DNA from: Bacilli bacterium
GTDB lineage: Bacteria; Bacillota_I; Bacilli_A; RF39; UBA660
DNA: 39,331 nucleotides
NCBI GenBank assembly: GCA_028684435.1
Contig: JAQUFX010000003.1
Location: forward strand, 1-39,331
Reading direction: 5' to 3'
The position numbers and the translations under genes are program-made. Position 1 is the first letter of the stretch; each line of letters begins with the position of its first letter. Under the pieces are notes generated by a model. The model did no database searches. It saw only the letters and a list, made by a program, of their open reading frames with translations, and had not been told where the DNA came from. Of the stretch, positions 1 through 10,598 are shown in pieces.

Positions 1-23
1 AATAATCATTATAAAAAAAATTA

Positions 24-494
24 TTAATTTATTTTAATAATTTTTATTTTATAACTACCAGTAGGTGATTCAACACTTAAAACATCTCCTACTTTTTTAT
101 TAATAATTGCCTTTCCTATTGGAGATTCATTTGAGATTTTATTTTCAAAAGGATCTGCTTCCATAGAACCAACAATTTGGTATTCTTCAGTTTCTTTATC
201 ATCTACATATTCTATCAATACTGTAGAGCCTAAATCTACTACTCCATTTGCTTCTTTTTTTTCAATAATTTTAGCATTGCTTAACATATATTCAAGTTCA
301 GTGATTCTACTTTCTACTTCAGCTTGTTCAGTTCTTGCAGCATCATAATCAGCATTTTCTGATAAATCACCTTGTGCTCTGGCTTCTTTAATAGCTTCGA
401 TAATCTGGGGTCTTCTTTCAGTTTTAAGTATGTTTAATTCAGTTTCTAACTCTAAAAATCCTTCGCTAGTTAAGTGAATTTCTTTTCTTGTCAT
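24..494 (-). CDS. greA: transcription elongation factor GreA
   Basis: 156-aa ORF. N-terminal coiled coil with GDLSENADYDAA motif and a C-terminal GreA/GreB globular domain. RBS AAGGGAAAA upstream. Confidence 0.95.
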   Translation of the reverse strand: MTRKEIHLTSEGFLELETELNILKTERRPQIIEAIKEARAQGDLSENADYDAARTEQAEVESRITELEYMLSNAKIIEKKEANGVVDLGSTVLIEYVDDKETEEYQIVGSMEADPFENKISNESPIGKAIINKKVGDVLSVESPTGSYKIKIIKIN

Positions 495-549
495 AACACA
501 TTTTCCCTTCTTGTTTAATTAAATCTAAATAAGGATACTACAAATATAT

Positions 550-1743
550 CTAAATGTCAAATAATTTACACCTCATCATATCAAACTTTGAAACAGGTAA
601 ATTTGCTTTGATTTTTATAATCATTTGCGGATGATTTGCAATATCAATTAGTTCCATTTTTTCATTATATATGTTATCAATTTTATAGTTTAACATTTCA
701 ATATAAGGTCCAAAAAATTGAACTGTATCTCCTACCTTAAAATAATTCCTTTGCTCAATAGTGATTATTCCATCCTTATTTTCTAAAACAATACCTAAAA
801 AATCTTGATTTGATACTTCATCCCGATTTTGTAAATAATATTGGTCATTTTTATCAGGAAATTTATTAAAGAATTGAGGTGCTGTTTCTCTATTAGCACA
901 TCTTTTTAATACATTAAGGTAGTAGTTAGTATATGATTTATTTAATGTATTAGTACTTATTTTATTAAAAATATTACGATAAACGTGAAGAATAGTAGCT
1001 ATATAATATATACTTCTCATTCTTCCTTCAATTTTAAATGAATCTATGCCACTATCGATCATATCTAATATTGATGTTGACATATTTAAATCCTTAGGTG
1101 ACATCCAAAAATTATCACTGATAAGAATATTATCATTATCTAAAAAAGAAAAATTCCATCTACAAACTTGAGCACAACCACCCCGATTAGAATCTCTATT
1201 AGTACAATAATTTGATAATATACATCTGCCACTAAATGAAGTGCACATCGCTCCATGAACAAAAGTTTCTAAACTAAGATTAGTAGCTTCTTTAATTGAA
1301 ATAACATCTTCTTTCATAGCTTCGCGAGCAAGTACTACTCTAGTTGCCCCTAATTCTTTATAAAACAAAGCAGCTTCTTTATTTAAAATACTAGCTTGAG
1401 TTGATATATATCTATTTAATTTTAAATTAAGTTTATTACATATATCTAAAACCGCTACATCACTTACCATAATAGCATCTACCTCTATATTATCTAAATA
1501 TAATAAATAGGTTTCTAAATTATTAAGATTTTCATCATGAAAAACAATATTAACGGTTATATAAACTTTTTTATTTAAACTATGAGCTAATTTTACAGCT
1601 GCTTTTATTTCTTCATTAGAAAAATTTTTAGCGTTAGCTCTTAAACCATAGTTTTGACCACCAAAATAAACAGCATCAGCACCATAATGTAATGCTATAT
1701 TTAATTTTTCCATATCTCCAGCTGGTGATAATAACTCAATCAT
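550..1743 (-). CDS. U32-family peptidase-like protein (YrrO/TrhP-like, tRNA U34 hydroxylation family)
   Basis: 397 aa. Carries the U32 signature ETFVHGAMCTSFSGRC. Sits beside a second U32-like gene and an O-methyltransferase, as in B. subtilis yrrO-yrrN-yrrM. Confidence 0.85.
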   Translation of the reverse strand: MIELLSPAGDMEKLNIALHYGADAVYFGGQNYGLRANAKNFSNEEIKAAVKLAHSLNKKVYITVNIVFHDENLNNLETYLLYLDNIEVDAIMVSDVAVLDICNKLNLKLNRYISTQASILNKEAALFYKELGATRVVLAREAMKEDVISIKEATNLSLETFVHGAMCTSFSGRCILSNYCTNRDSNRGGCAQVCRWNFSFLDNDNILISDNFWMSPKDLNMSTSILDMIDSGIDSFKIEGRMRSIYYIATILHVYRNIFNKISTNTLNKSYTNYYLNVLKRCANRETAPQFFNKFPDKNDQYYLQNRDEVSNQDFLGIVLENKDGIITIEQRNYFKVGDTVQFFGPYIEMLNYKIDNIYNEKMELIDIANHPQMIIKIKANLPVSKFDMMRCKLFDI

Positions 1744-1745
1744 GT

Positions 1746-2534
1746 TTATCCCTCCAATTTATAAATTGTTTTTTCTTTTAAAAACTTTTCTTCGCTTATT
1801 ATTTCTTTATGATTAATTAAATTATTAACCATATCAAAATTAATTTGAGGATGATTAATTAAATAAAATAATATTTTTTGATCATCAAATTCATTTAGAT
1901 AAGGAATATAATTAAAAGGTTTATTATAAAATAAAGCTGTTCCATTTTTATTTTCTATAATATAAAAACTATTATTTTGATTATTTACATTTAAAAAACC
2001 ACTTTTAACTAATTTTAAATTATTATATTTATTAAAATAAGTAAGTAAATATCTTCTAGAATACATAGCCATGTTTAAACCATATACTGACATTACTAAT
2101 GGTTTATTAGTATTATTTAAAATATATTTAATTTCATCAGTAGTAAGTTCATTTGCTAAAGAAGCACTTTCTACTCTTTCAAGCCAAAAATTAATACTTC
2201 TACTATTAATTACAAAATGAGCTTGATTCCAAATTAAAGGTATTTTAGTATCTTTTAATATATAATATAAACCTACATCTTCAAAAAAAATTCCTTTTAC
2301 AAAAGTTAATTTATTAATTATTTTTTTAAATTCAATTATTTTTTTAGTATCTATTACAATATTGATATTTAAATAAACATTAATGTCTAAATCTTCTAAC
2401 TCTTTTAGCATAAAAGTTTGATAACCAATTGAAAAATCTTCTAGTGCAAAAAGAAAATTAGTTATCCCAATTTCCTTATATTTTGCTATATCATTCAAAT
2501 TATTTAAACTTATTAATATTTTGTTATTTTTCAT
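1746..2534 (-). CDS. divergent U32-family protein (YrrN-like partner subunit)
   Basis: 262 aa, 2 nt upstream of the U32 gene. TIM-barrel-like alternation and a degenerate U32 core (VMSVYGLNMAMYSRRYLL). Assignment rests mainly on synteny. Confidence 0.6.
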   Translation of the reverse strand: MKNNKILISLNNLNDIAKYKEIGITNFLFALEDFSIGYQTFMLKELEDLDINVYLNINIVIDTKKIIEFKKIINKLTFVKGIFFEDVGLYYILKDTKIPLIWNQAHFVINSRSINFWLERVESASLANELTTDEIKYILNNTNKPLVMSVYGLNMAMYSRRYLLTYFNKYNNLKLVKSGFLNVNNQNNSFYIIENKNGTALFYNKPFNYIPYLNEFDDQKILFYLINHPQINFDMVNNLINHKEIISEEKFLKEKTIYKLEG

Positions 2535-3120
2535 TATTTTTTTTAATGCTTACTGATAAGCCATCTCCTATATCATAAAATTTAGTTATATAGTCTTTAT
2601 TATCATTTAAAAAACTAATATATTTTTCAATTTTATTGACAATCCCTCTTAAACTTTTAGTATTTACTGAATCTTTATTATTTACAAGTCCATGAAATTT
2701 TAAATTATCAGTTATTATTACTCCCCCAGGATTTAAATAATGACAAAATTTTTCAAAAAATTTAATATATGCTCCCTTAGCAGCATCTATAAATATTAAA
2801 TCATAACTATGACCTGCTAAATTAACTTCTAAAGCATCATTAAAGACAATATCAATTCTTTTATCTAGGCCACATTTATTAACATTTTTAACAGCTTCTT
2901 TATATCTTTTTTCATCTTTTTCAATGGTTGTTATTTCAACATTATCGGTAGCATTAGCCATTAATATAGCCGAGTATCCGATTGCCGACCCTATTTCTAA
3001 GACATTTTTCACATTATTTAATTTAATATATTTCATAATAAATTTTATTGAATCTATTTCTATAATTGGTACATTATTAGCAATAGCATACCGTTCCATT
3101 TCTGTTATAACTTCTTTCAT
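2524..3120 (-). CDS. trmR: class I SAM-dependent O-methyltransferase (YrrM/TrmR-like)
   Basis: 198 aa. SAM motif I VLEIGSAIGYS and FIDAAK motif typical of the caffeoyl-CoA-OMT-like family. Lies between mltG and the U32 pair, as in Bacillus. Confidence 0.75.
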   Translation of the reverse strand: MKEVITEMERYAIANNVPIIEIDSIKFIMKYIKLNNVKNVLEIGSAIGYSAILMANATDNVEITTIEKDEKRYKEAVKNVNKCGLDKRIDIVFNDALEVNLAGHSYDLIFIDAAKGAYIKFFEKFCHYLNPGGVIITDNLKFHGLVNNKDSVNTKSLRGIVNKIEKYISFLNDNKDYITKFYDIGDGLSVSIKKNNEK

Positions 3121-3132
3121 TTAGGTGTCCTC

Positions 3133-4236
3133 CTAGTATTCAAACCAATTACCTTCTTTTTTTAACTTATTTATTATATCACGATGTTCAGCATCTGTCT
3201 TGCTATAATAGGTATTTTTTAATTTATCAGCAACAAAATAAAAATATTCATGCTCTGTAGGTTCTATTACTGCCGAAATTGAAGCTAAACTAGGACTTGC
3301 TATAGGTCCAATAGGAAGCCCTAGTACACATGTTCCTCTTGTATTATAAGAATTACAAGAGTTTATATCATTTATAGATAAATCAACATCAAAAGTTTTA
3401 TCAACAGCATAATATGTTGTAACATCAGAACCTAATGTCCATCCACTTTTTAATCTATTATAAAATACTCCAGCTACTCCAGCTCGATCCAAGCTATTAG
3501 CTCCTTCTAACTCGATAATAGAAGCTAAAGTAATTAATTCATTTATTTTATAACTAGAGAGATTAATTTCATCTTTATAGATAGATAATTTATGATCCAT
3601 AGTTGTAAGCATTAGATTAATAATATCTTCTATTGTAGCACTCTTTTTAATTATATAAGTATCAGGAAATAAATAACCTTCTAATGGATATTTTATATCT
3701 TTATTTAATATCGATTCATTTAAAAACCAATATTTATCTATTAAAGAAGTTAAATATTCTTCATTAGATAATTTAGCTAAAATATCACTCTCAAAAATAT
3801 CAAAGGTTTCACTTATTTGTTTTACATAACTAATAAACCTTTTGCCTTCAATAAAAGTAATAGTAATCGTTTGATTCTCTAGAGAATTACCACTATTTAA
3901 TATTTTTATAATTTCATCTACTGACATGCTTTTTGATAATTGGTATGTTCCTGGATATATTTCGTGTTCATTTATTTTCATATAAAACTTAAAGAAGAAA
4001 GCATTTCTAATTAATCCTGCTTTATCTAATTCTTCAGCTATTTGTATTTTAGATACTCCTTCTTTAACTTGAAAATCAACTAAGGATTCTTCATCACTAT
4101 CAATTGGAGCCAAGAAAAAAAGAGACACACTAATAAAAACTACAAGTGCTACCACTCCTAAAATAGTAACTATAGTAATTATTTTGGAAATAATATAATC
4201 TAAATTATATTGTTTTTTCTCCAGATTTTGATCCAT
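3133..4236 (-). CDS. mltG: endolytic murein transglycosylase MltG (YceG family)
   Basis: 367 aa. N-terminal TM helix, LysM-like segment, YceG core (ASIIELEG, GVFYNRL, LPIGPIASP). Confidence 0.9.
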   Translation of the reverse strand: MDQNLEKKQYNLDYIISKIITIVTILGVVALVVFISVSLFFLAPIDSDEESLVDFQVKEGVSKIQIAEELDKAGLIRNAFFFKFYMKINEHEIYPGTYQLSKSMSVDEIIKILNSGNSLENQTITITFIEGKRFISYVKQISETFDIFESDILAKLSNEEYLTSLIDKYWFLNESILNKDIKYPLEGYLFPDTYIIKKSATIEDIINLMLTTMDHKLSIYKDEINLSSYKINELITLASIIELEGANSLDRAGVAGVFYNRLKSGWTLGSDVTTYYAVDKTFDVDLSINDINSCNSYNTRGTCVLGLPIGPIASPSLASISAVIEPTEHEYFYFVADKLKNTYYSKTDAEHRDIINKLKKEGNWFEY

Positions 4237-4522
4237 TTTCTGCTTCTCCTATTTTTTCTTGTAATGAAGACAGTAAATTTTCTATGATTTGCCATTCTTT
4301 TTCAGCTTTTATTTCACCTAAATCATCTGTTTTACCTTCAGGATCATAAGTATTAGCATATACTTTAATATTACCGCTTTCATCTAAAGTATTATCTGTA
4401 AATACAATATAACTTCTTTTTGTTTCTTCATCATCAAATGTAAATAAAACATCGCATTCTATTTGATTTCCTTCATTATTTTTAATTGTTATTTTTCCAG
4501 TGCTTTTATCCATTTTAACCAA
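4205..4522 (-). CDS. DUF1292 family protein (YrzB-like)
   Basis: 105-aa acidic ORF (ECDVLFTFDDEETKRSYIVFTD). Conserved position between ruvX and mltG. Confidence 0.75.
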   Translation of the reverse strand: MVKMDKSTGKITIKNNEGNQIECDVLFTFDDEETKRSYIVFTDNTLDESGNIKVYANTYDPEGKTDDLGEIKAEKEWQIIENLLSSLQEKIGEAENGSKSGEKTI

Positions 4523-4925
4523 CTTTCCTTAAATAAGTATCTAATATAATACTTGCCGATACTTCATCAATTATATTTTTTCTTTTTTTTCTAGATACAT
4601 TTGCATCAATAAGCATATTTTCTGCTTCTACTGTACTTAAACGCTCATCAATTAAATGTAATGGTAAATTACATTTACTTTGTAATAATTCTTTAAACTC
4701 TATTGTTCTTTGAACTGCAAAACCTAAAGAATTATCCATATTTTTAGGATACCCTAAAACTAAAACGTCTATTTTTTCTTTTGCTATAATTTCAAGTAAT
4801 TCTGCAATTAATAAATTAATATCATTAAACCTTAATAACTTATAAGGTGATGCAATAATACCAAGTTTATCACTAGTAGCAAGACCTAAAGTTTTAGTTC
4901 CTAAATCCATTCCTAAATGTTTCAT
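4515..4925 (-). CDS. ruvX: Holliday-junction-resolvase-like nuclease RuvX (YqgF)
   Basis: 136 aa. GMDLGTKTLGLA N-terminus and DERLST motif. Confidence 0.9.
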   Translation of the reverse strand: MKHLGMDLGTKTLGLATSDKLGIIASPYKLLRFNDINLLIAELLEIIAKEKIDVLVLGYPKNMDNSLGFAVQRTIEFKELLQSKCNLPLHLIDERLSTVEAENMLIDANVSRKKRKNIIDEVSASIILDTYLRKVG

Positions 4926-5167
4926 TTATCTAAATAATCTTTAAGTACGGTAATAAGTACTTTAGATCGATCTAATTCTGATATTTTTCCGCGAGCATCT
5001 TGATATGATGAAATATAACCTGGATCTCCACTTATAAAATATCCTACTAGTTGATTAACTGGATTATATCCCCTTTCTTCAAGAGAATTATATACCTCTT
5101 GAAGGGTCTTTTTAACTAAAGCATCTTCAAATATTTCTGAATTATATAGATTTGTTTTTTCTAGCAT
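4922..5167 (-). CDS. IreB-family regulatory phosphoprotein (DUF965, YrzL-like)
   Basis: Conserved core VYNSLEERGYNPVNQLVGYFISGDPGYI. I start it at the ATG at 5167, behind RBS AGAGGTGG, rather than at the longer ORF start at 5191. Confidence 0.85.
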   Translation of the reverse strand: MLEKTNLYNSEIFEDALVKKTLQEVYNSLEERGYNPVNQLVGYFISGDPGYISSYQDARGKISELDRSKVLITVLKDYLDK

Positions 5168-5218
5168 TTTACCACCTCTAGACAATAACATTTTATCATT
5201 AAAATATTATTAATTCAA

Positions 5219-5842
5219 CTAAATAATATATTTAGTCTTTTTTATATAGTCTTTATTTAAATTTATATTATAATTTTTACCAACACCATATATAATTATT
5301 TCTATTCCTCTTTTTTCATAAAAATTATATATTTCATCAGTAATTAAAATATCTAAAATCATTATAAAATCTATATCATCTAAATCAATATTAGCATTAA
5401 AAGCATAATTTATAATCCCCTTTTTATATTTTTTCGATTTAGGTATATTCTTAATATAATCATAATTAAATGAACTTATATAATATATATTTTTATCATT
5501 TAAATTTAATTCCGTTATTAAAATAGATTCTTTTAATTCAATTAAAATAATTTTATTTGTATATCTATTTATAACTTCTTTTAATAAAGGAATTCTTTCA
5601 ATATAACTTTTGCCAAAATTATATTTTAATAATTTATAATATGTCATATTTTTTACTAAGCCGGTCCCATTGCTTACTCTAGAAATAAAAGAATCATGAA
5701 TTACGACTATTTTATTATCTTTTGTTTTTCTAACATCTAATTCAATTCCTTCATAACTATTATTAAAAGCATTATCAAAAGCTGATATGGTATTTTCTCC
5801 TATCTTTTCATTATATAAACCTCTATGAGCTATTAATATCAT
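5219..5842 (-). CDS. glycerophosphodiester phosphodiesterase family protein
   Basis: 207 aa. GDPD N-terminal motif IAHRG..ENT and ELDV....D...VVIHD. Confidence 0.8.
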   Translation of the reverse strand: MILIAHRGLYNEKIGENTISAFDNAFNNSYEGIELDVRKTKDNKIVVIHDSFISRVSNGTGLVKNMTYYKLLKYNFGKSYIERIPLLKEVINRYTNKIILIELKESILITELNLNDKNIYYISSFNYDYIKNIPKSKKYKKGIINYAFNANIDLDDIDFIMILDILITDEIYNFYEKRGIEIIIYGVGKNYNINLNKDYIKKTKYII

Positions 5843-5878
5843 ATAAAAACCCCTAATATATTATATTAAGGATTGATA

Positions 5879-7243
5879 TTATTTTTCTTCTAATAATAAT
5901 TCTTTAGTCGTCATTAAATCTGCTAATGCTTCATCTATAGTAGGTTTTATCTTTTTATCAGTCATATTTAAATCATCGATAAGTTCATTTTCTTTAGTAG
6001 AAACTTCGATTTCTTTAGACTTTTTTTTAATATTACCTTGGTCAGTTATTATTTCTGGCTTATTTTTATCATTCTTCTTTTTCTTAAAAAAGATAAAATA
6101 AGCAGAAGTGCCAATTATAGCTAATCCTCCTAAAACAATTACAATAATTAATAAAAGATTATTACCATCTTCTTTTTCAATAACAGGGGTAGTAGTACCC
6201 ATTATTTCTCCTACTTCTAATTTTGTAACAGTAATATTATAAATATTAACATCTTCAGTTTCAGATGATGTTACAGTAATAGTTAAAACATTATCCCCAA
6301 CAATTAAATTATCATTTCCTCTTATTTCAACTTTAGCTTTATTATCTTCTGGAGTTGCTTTAATAACCAATTCTGTTATGTCATTAGGAACTTCTAAAGT
6401 ATAATCTAAATTTTTCTTTTTAAATTTTTCATTTAATTTAAATCCATCAATTTCAATATCACTTAGAAATGAAGAATTATCTATTGTTTCACCACGATAA
6501 ATAGTAATAATATAATCCATAGTATTATTTGCTGATTCACTTAAAGTAGAAATTTTGATAATATTTTTACCTATTTCTAAACTTGGTCGATATTGATTAT
6601 TAACATTATTACAACCTAATTCACACTTTATAGTTGTAGTACAATTATCGCAGGTTGGATTTATAGTTATTGTTTTAATAGTATCTTTAATACCAAAAAC
6701 TTTATAATTATTTATATTACTTACAAATTTTGGAGTAATATTACCTACAGAAAAAGTTAAGTTACTTAATGATGCATTATTACTTTTAGGTTTTGTTATT
6801 GCTGTTGTAGCTGTCGTTAAAGTAATTTGTTTAGAATAATCTATACCTACTTGAGTACTATTATCTTCATAAGTAAATATAATATTTTTAATTTTAATAA
6901 TAGCAAGATTGTTATTACCAGTATTATTTGTTACTGTTAATGTACCTAGTTCGCCACTTAAAGTTGAACCACTATTAGCCGATAATATAGACTTGCCTAA
7001 TTTTAATTCTCCCAATATATAAGATGTTTTACTTACCCCATAAGAAGTATAATTAGCATCAAGGTCTAATTCAAACTCGACTTTACTTATTTTTTCTCCT
7101 GCTGCTGTATTTAGCATAATTTTTTGATTACCAGATGTTCCTTGCTGGATTTTATCTGGTCCTTCAAAAGTTAAAGTCGCTGCATTAACATTTATAAAAC
7201 TAAATATTAAAGTACATATTATTAATTTAAATATATTTTTCAT
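5879..7243 (-). CDS. surface protein with cadherin-like beta-sandwich repeats and a C-terminal TM anchor
   Basis: Signal peptide MKNIFKLIICTLIFSFINVNA after strong RBS AAGAAGGTAAG (start moved to 7243). Two L[ST][ND][LI]...G.L.P.F....Y.V modules (ASLSNLTFSVGNITPKF, SFLSDIEIDGFKLNEKF). TM helix LLLIIVIVLGGLAIIGTSAYFIFF, then a Lys-rich tail. Confidence 0.7.
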   Translation of the reverse strand: MKNIFKLIICTLIFSFINVNAATLTFEGPDKIQQGTSGNQKIMLNTAAGEKISKVEFELDLDANYTSYGVSKTSYILGELKLGKSILSANSGSTLSGELGTLTVTNNTGNNNLAIIKIKNIIFTYEDNSTQVGIDYSKQITLTTATTAITKPKSNNASLSNLTFSVGNITPKFVSNINNYKVFGIKDTIKTITINPTCDNCTTTIKCELGCNNVNNQYRPSLEIGKNIIKISTLSESANNTMDYIITIYRGETIDNSSFLSDIEIDGFKLNEKFKKKNLDYTLEVPNDITELVIKATPEDNKAKVEIRGNDNLIVGDNVLTITVTSSETEDVNIYNITVTKLEVGEIMGTTTPVIEKEDGNNLLLIIVIVLGGLAIIGTSAYFIFFKKKKNDKNKPEIITDQGNIKKKSKEIEVSTKENELIDDLNMTDKKIKPTIDEALADLMTTKELLLEEK

Positions 7244-7326
7244 ACTTACCTTCTTTACTATAAATAATTGTAACATATCCTTAAATATTTTCAATTGATA
7301 ATTATTTTACAATTACTATACATTTA

Positions 7327-8409
7327 TTATATTAATTTAATTAATATTTCATTCATGATATATAACTGGTTAGGATTAATATAAATATTACCATTTTTAT
7401 ATATTAATTCTTTATTTTTTAAAAGAGGTTTTACTGGAAATACATCTTGAATATTAACTTCATATTTATCAAAAAAATTATAAAGACTTATACCATTAAT
7501 TTTTCTCAGTCCCAGCATTACTTCATTTTCCATAATTTCTTGTTTAGATAATAAACTTTCATTAAATCGATATTTTCCTTCACAATAATTATTAATATTT
7601 TTAGTATTTTCATATCTAAATCCATTAATATAACCACAAGCTCCTAAACCAAAACCATAATATTCATTATTATTCCAGTAGGTTAAATTATGTTTAGATT
7701 TAAACCCGGGTTTAGAAAAATTACTTATTTCATAATGGATATATCCCTTAGCTTTAATTTTTTTTCTTATATAATTATACATTTCTAATTCTAAATCTTC
7801 ATTAATATTATGAGCATCTTTAACTTTAGCAATGGTACTATCTTCAATAATTAAAGCATAAGTGCTTATATGTTCTGGATTTAGCTTAAGTAATAGTTTT
7901 ATATCTTTTTTTAATACTTCTATCTTTTCATCTGGAATTCCATACATTAAATCTAAATTTATATTATAAATTCCTTTATTACGTAATAAAATTATTTTAT
8001 TTTTTAAATCTTCAAAGTCACAAGTTCGATTCATAAATTTTAGCTTTTCGGTATTAAATGACTCTACCCCAATGCTTATTCTATTTATGTTATTATTTAT
8101 CAAGATATCAATTAATTCAGGTGTTATATCATTTAAATTGCATTCAAAAGTAATTTCACAGTATTGAGTTTTATTAAATAAATCTATTATTTTAAAAAGT
8201 TGACTTAACTCGGTAGCATTTAATAATGAAGGGGTACCTCCTCCAATATATATTGTTTTCATTGTTTCATTTAAATAATATTCTTTTACTTCTTTTTCTA
8301 ATGCTTCTAAATATCTTTTAACATCCGATTTATTATAAATAATTTTACAAAAATCACAGTAAGAACAGATATTTTTACAAAACGGAATATGAATATAAAC
8401 ACTTTCCAT
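7327..8409 (-). CDS. hemW: radical SAM heme chaperone HemW (oxygen-independent coproporphyrinogen oxidase-like)
   Basis: YIHIPFCKNICSYCDFC radical-SAM cluster motif. Lies downstream of lepA as in Bacillus. Start set at the ATG at 8409, behind GGTGAGG. Confidence 0.9.
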   Translation of the reverse strand: MESVYIHIPFCKNICSYCDFCKIIYNKSDVKRYLEALEKEVKEYYLNETMKTIYIGGGTPSLLNATELSQLFKIIDLFNKTQYCEITFECNLNDITPELIDILINNNINRISIGVESFNTEKLKFMNRTCDFEDLKNKIILLRNKGIYNINLDLMYGIPDEKIEVLKKDIKLLLKLNPEHISTYALIIEDSTIAKVKDAHNINEDLELEMYNYIRKKIKAKGYIHYEISNFSKPGFKSKHNLTYWNNNEYYGFGLGACGYINGFRYENTKNINNYCEGKYRFNESLLSKQEIMENEVMLGLRKINGISLYNFFDKYEVNIQDVFPVKPLLKNKELIYKNGNIYINPNQLYIMNEILIKLI

Positions 8410-8473
8410 ATACTTTACCTCACCATCAATATTATACAAAAAAAGAATATATTTTAAAAGGATAATTATCTTC

Positions 8474-10255
8474 TTACTTTTTTTCCGTTTTTAAAATACT
8501 TAAAAATGCTTCTGGCGGTATTTCAACACTACCAATCATTTTCATTCTTTTTTTACCTGCTTTTTGTTTTTCGAGTAGTTTTCTTTTTCTAGATACATCT
8601 CCACCATAACATTTAGCTAAAACATTTTTTCGCATTGCACTTATTGTTTCTCGTGCTATTATTTTAGCACCTATAGCAGCCTGAATTGGTACTTCAAATA
8701 ATTGTCTAGGAATAATTTTTCTTAAATTATTAGTTATAGTTTTTCCTCTTTGGTATGCTGCATCTTTATGAACAATAACACTTAAAGCATCAACAGTTTC
8801 ATTGTTTATTAAAATGTCTAATTTTACTAAATCACTAACTTTATAATCTGATAATTCATAATCTAAAGAAGCATAACCCTTAGTATAACTTTTTAACCGA
8901 TCAAAAAAATCATAAACTATTTCTGCTAAAGGTAATTCATAATGAATATTTACTCTTGATTCATCTATATATTCTGTTGTTTGATAAAGACCTCTTTTTT
9001 CTTGACACAATTCCATAATAGGACCAATATATAAAGCAGGAACAAAGATATTAGCTTTAATATAAGGCTCACTTATGCTTTGAATTTTTACTTGATCAGG
9101 CATCTGACTAGGATTATCAATTAATATTTTCTCACTATTAGTTAATAAAATTTCATAAATAACTGAAGGACTGGTTGCAATAATATCAATATTAAACTCT
9201 CTAGTAAGTCTTTCTTCAATTATTTCCATATGAAGTAATCCTAAAAAACCACATCTAAATCCGAAACCTAAAGCTTCACTTGTTTCTGGTTCATATGTAA
9301 AAGAAGCATCATTTAGTTTTAATTTTTCTAATGCTTCTTTTAAGGGGACAAATTTATTAGGCTCTATAGGATAAATGCCTGAATAAACCATAGGTTTCAT
9401 AGGATTATATCCACTTAAAGGTTTTAAAGCTTTTTTATTTTTAGTAGTAATAGTATCCCCTACTCTTACAGTATCAATTGTTTTTATATTAGCACTTAGC
9501 CATCCAACTGTACCCGCTTTTAAAGTTTTTAATCTTTTAACTTCTGGAGTATTAACACCTAATTCGGCTACTTCATATTCTTCATCATTACTCATCATTA
9601 TAATAGTATCCTGCTCTGATATTTCTCCACTTTTTACACAAATAGATGCTATAACACCTCGATAAGAGTCAAAATAAGAGTCAAATATTAAGGCTTTAGT
9701 TTCATTTATATTTTCATCTTTAGGAGCTGGAATTCGCTCTATTACAGCATCTAAAATAGATAATACTCCTTCTCCAGTTTTACCACTACATAAGAGTATT
9801 TCTTCATCATTAAAACCAAATAAATTAATCAGTTCTTTTTTTACTCTTGGTATATCAGCATTAGGTAAATCTATTTTATTTATAATAGGGATAATAGTTA
9901 AATTACTGTTAATAGCTAAATATAAATTAGCTAATGTCTGAGCTTCAACTCCTTGGACAGCATCTACAACTAATAATGCCCCTTCACAAGCTTCTAAACT
10001 TCTTGATACTTCATAAGAAAAATCAACATGCCCCGGAGTATCTATTAAATGAAAAGTATAATCTTTATAATTAAGCTCAACGGCATTTAATTTTATCGTA
10101 ATACCTCTTTCTCTTTCAATATCCATACTATCTAATAATTGAGGTTTCATTTTTCGTGCTTCAACTTCCCCACTTAATTCTAAGATTCGGTCAGCTAAAG
10201 TACTTTTACCGTGATCTATATGTGCAATAATACAAAAATTTCGAATTTTGTTCAC
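8474..10255 (-). CDS. lepA: elongation factor 4 (LepA)
   Basis: 593 aa. G1 [21 protein letters not shown], and the LepA-specific C-terminal domain. GTG start behind AGGTGA. Confidence 0.97.
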   Translation of the reverse strand: MNKIRNFCIIAHIDHGKSTLADRILELSGEVEARKMKPQLLDSMDIERERGITIKLNAVELNYKDYTFHLIDTPGHVDFSYEVSRSLEACEGALLVVDAVQGVEAQTLANLYLAINSNLTIIPIINKIDLPNADIPRVKKELINLFGFNDEEILLCSGKTGEGVLSILDAVIERIPAPKDENINETKALIFDSYFDSYRGVIASICVKSGEISEQDTIIMMSNDEEYEVAELGVNTPEVKRLKTLKAGTVGWLSANIKTIDTVRVGDTITTKNKKALKPLSGYNPMKPMVYSGIYPIEPNKFVPLKEALEKLKLNDASFTYEPETSEALGFGFRCGFLGLLHMEIIEERLTREFNIDIIATSPSVIYEILLTNSEKILIDNPSQMPDQVKIQSISEPYIKANIFVPALYIGPIMELCQEKRGLYQTTEYIDESRVNIHYELPLAEIVYDFFDRLKSYTKGYASLDYELSDYKVSDLVKLDILINNETVDALSVIVHKDAAYQRGKTITNNLRKIIPRQLFEVPIQAAIGAKIIARETISAMRKNVLAKCYGGDVSRKRKLLEKQKAGKKRMKMIGSVEIPPEAFLSILKTEKK

Positions 10256-10317
10256 TTTTCATCACCTAGATAATATTAACATAATTTAATAAAATTATAA
10301 ATCATTTATTATTATAT

Positions 10318-10348
10318 AAAAAAACTATTTTAATTTAAAATAGCTTTT
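10318..10348 (-). terminator. intrinsic terminator at the lepA-proximal end of the cassette
   Basis: Hairpin AAAACTATTTT/AAAATAG(C)TTTT, followed on the minus strand by a T7 run. Overlaps inverted-repeat copy B. Confidence 0.55.
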
Positions 10349-10362
10349 AAACTGATGACAAA
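10334..10362. repeat. inverted-repeat copy B (TTTAAAATAGCTTTTAAACTGATGACAAA)
   Basis: Reverse complement of 14745-14773 with 2 mismatches over 29 nt. Aligned by hand. Confidence 0.85.
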
Positions 10363-10598
10363 GTAATAAGTTATCAGTTTTTTTATGTAAATAACTAAAC
10401 TTTATTTAAATATTATTACATTTTTATATTTAAATAAAATTACATTTTAATATTGACATTAACAAATTAACAAATTAGCATAATTTTCGACAAATTAATA
10501 TAGTATAATAATATAAAAATAATAAAGTACTGGTAATTGGGCAAAATAAAAAGTATTTATTGTTAAAATAATACCTTTTATATTAATTCTTGGTTGGC

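Noticed and set aside
2924-3124. 66-aa plus-strand ORF. The same class includes 12229-12474, 18440-18700, 30699-31013, 35003-35260 and 35989-36189 on the plus strand, and 20498-20686 on the minus strand.
   Set aside because: Each lies wholly inside a well-supported gene, either antisense or in an alternative frame (trmR-like, FtsX permease, HTH protein, dnaK, zinc-ribbon protein, frr, cdd). Their composition is low-complexity and Ile/Leu/Ser/Phe-rich, none has an RBS, and none has recognisable motifs. They are shadow ORFs.
10454-10485. Tandem TTAACAAA-TTAACAAA repeat with TTGACA in the lepA upstream region, considered as a CRISPR or iteron-like array or a strong plus-strand promoter
   Set aside because: There are only two short units and no spacer-repeat periodicity. 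The TTGACA has no properly spaced -10 box and would drive transcription antisense to the small-protein gene. It is probably AT-rich noise.
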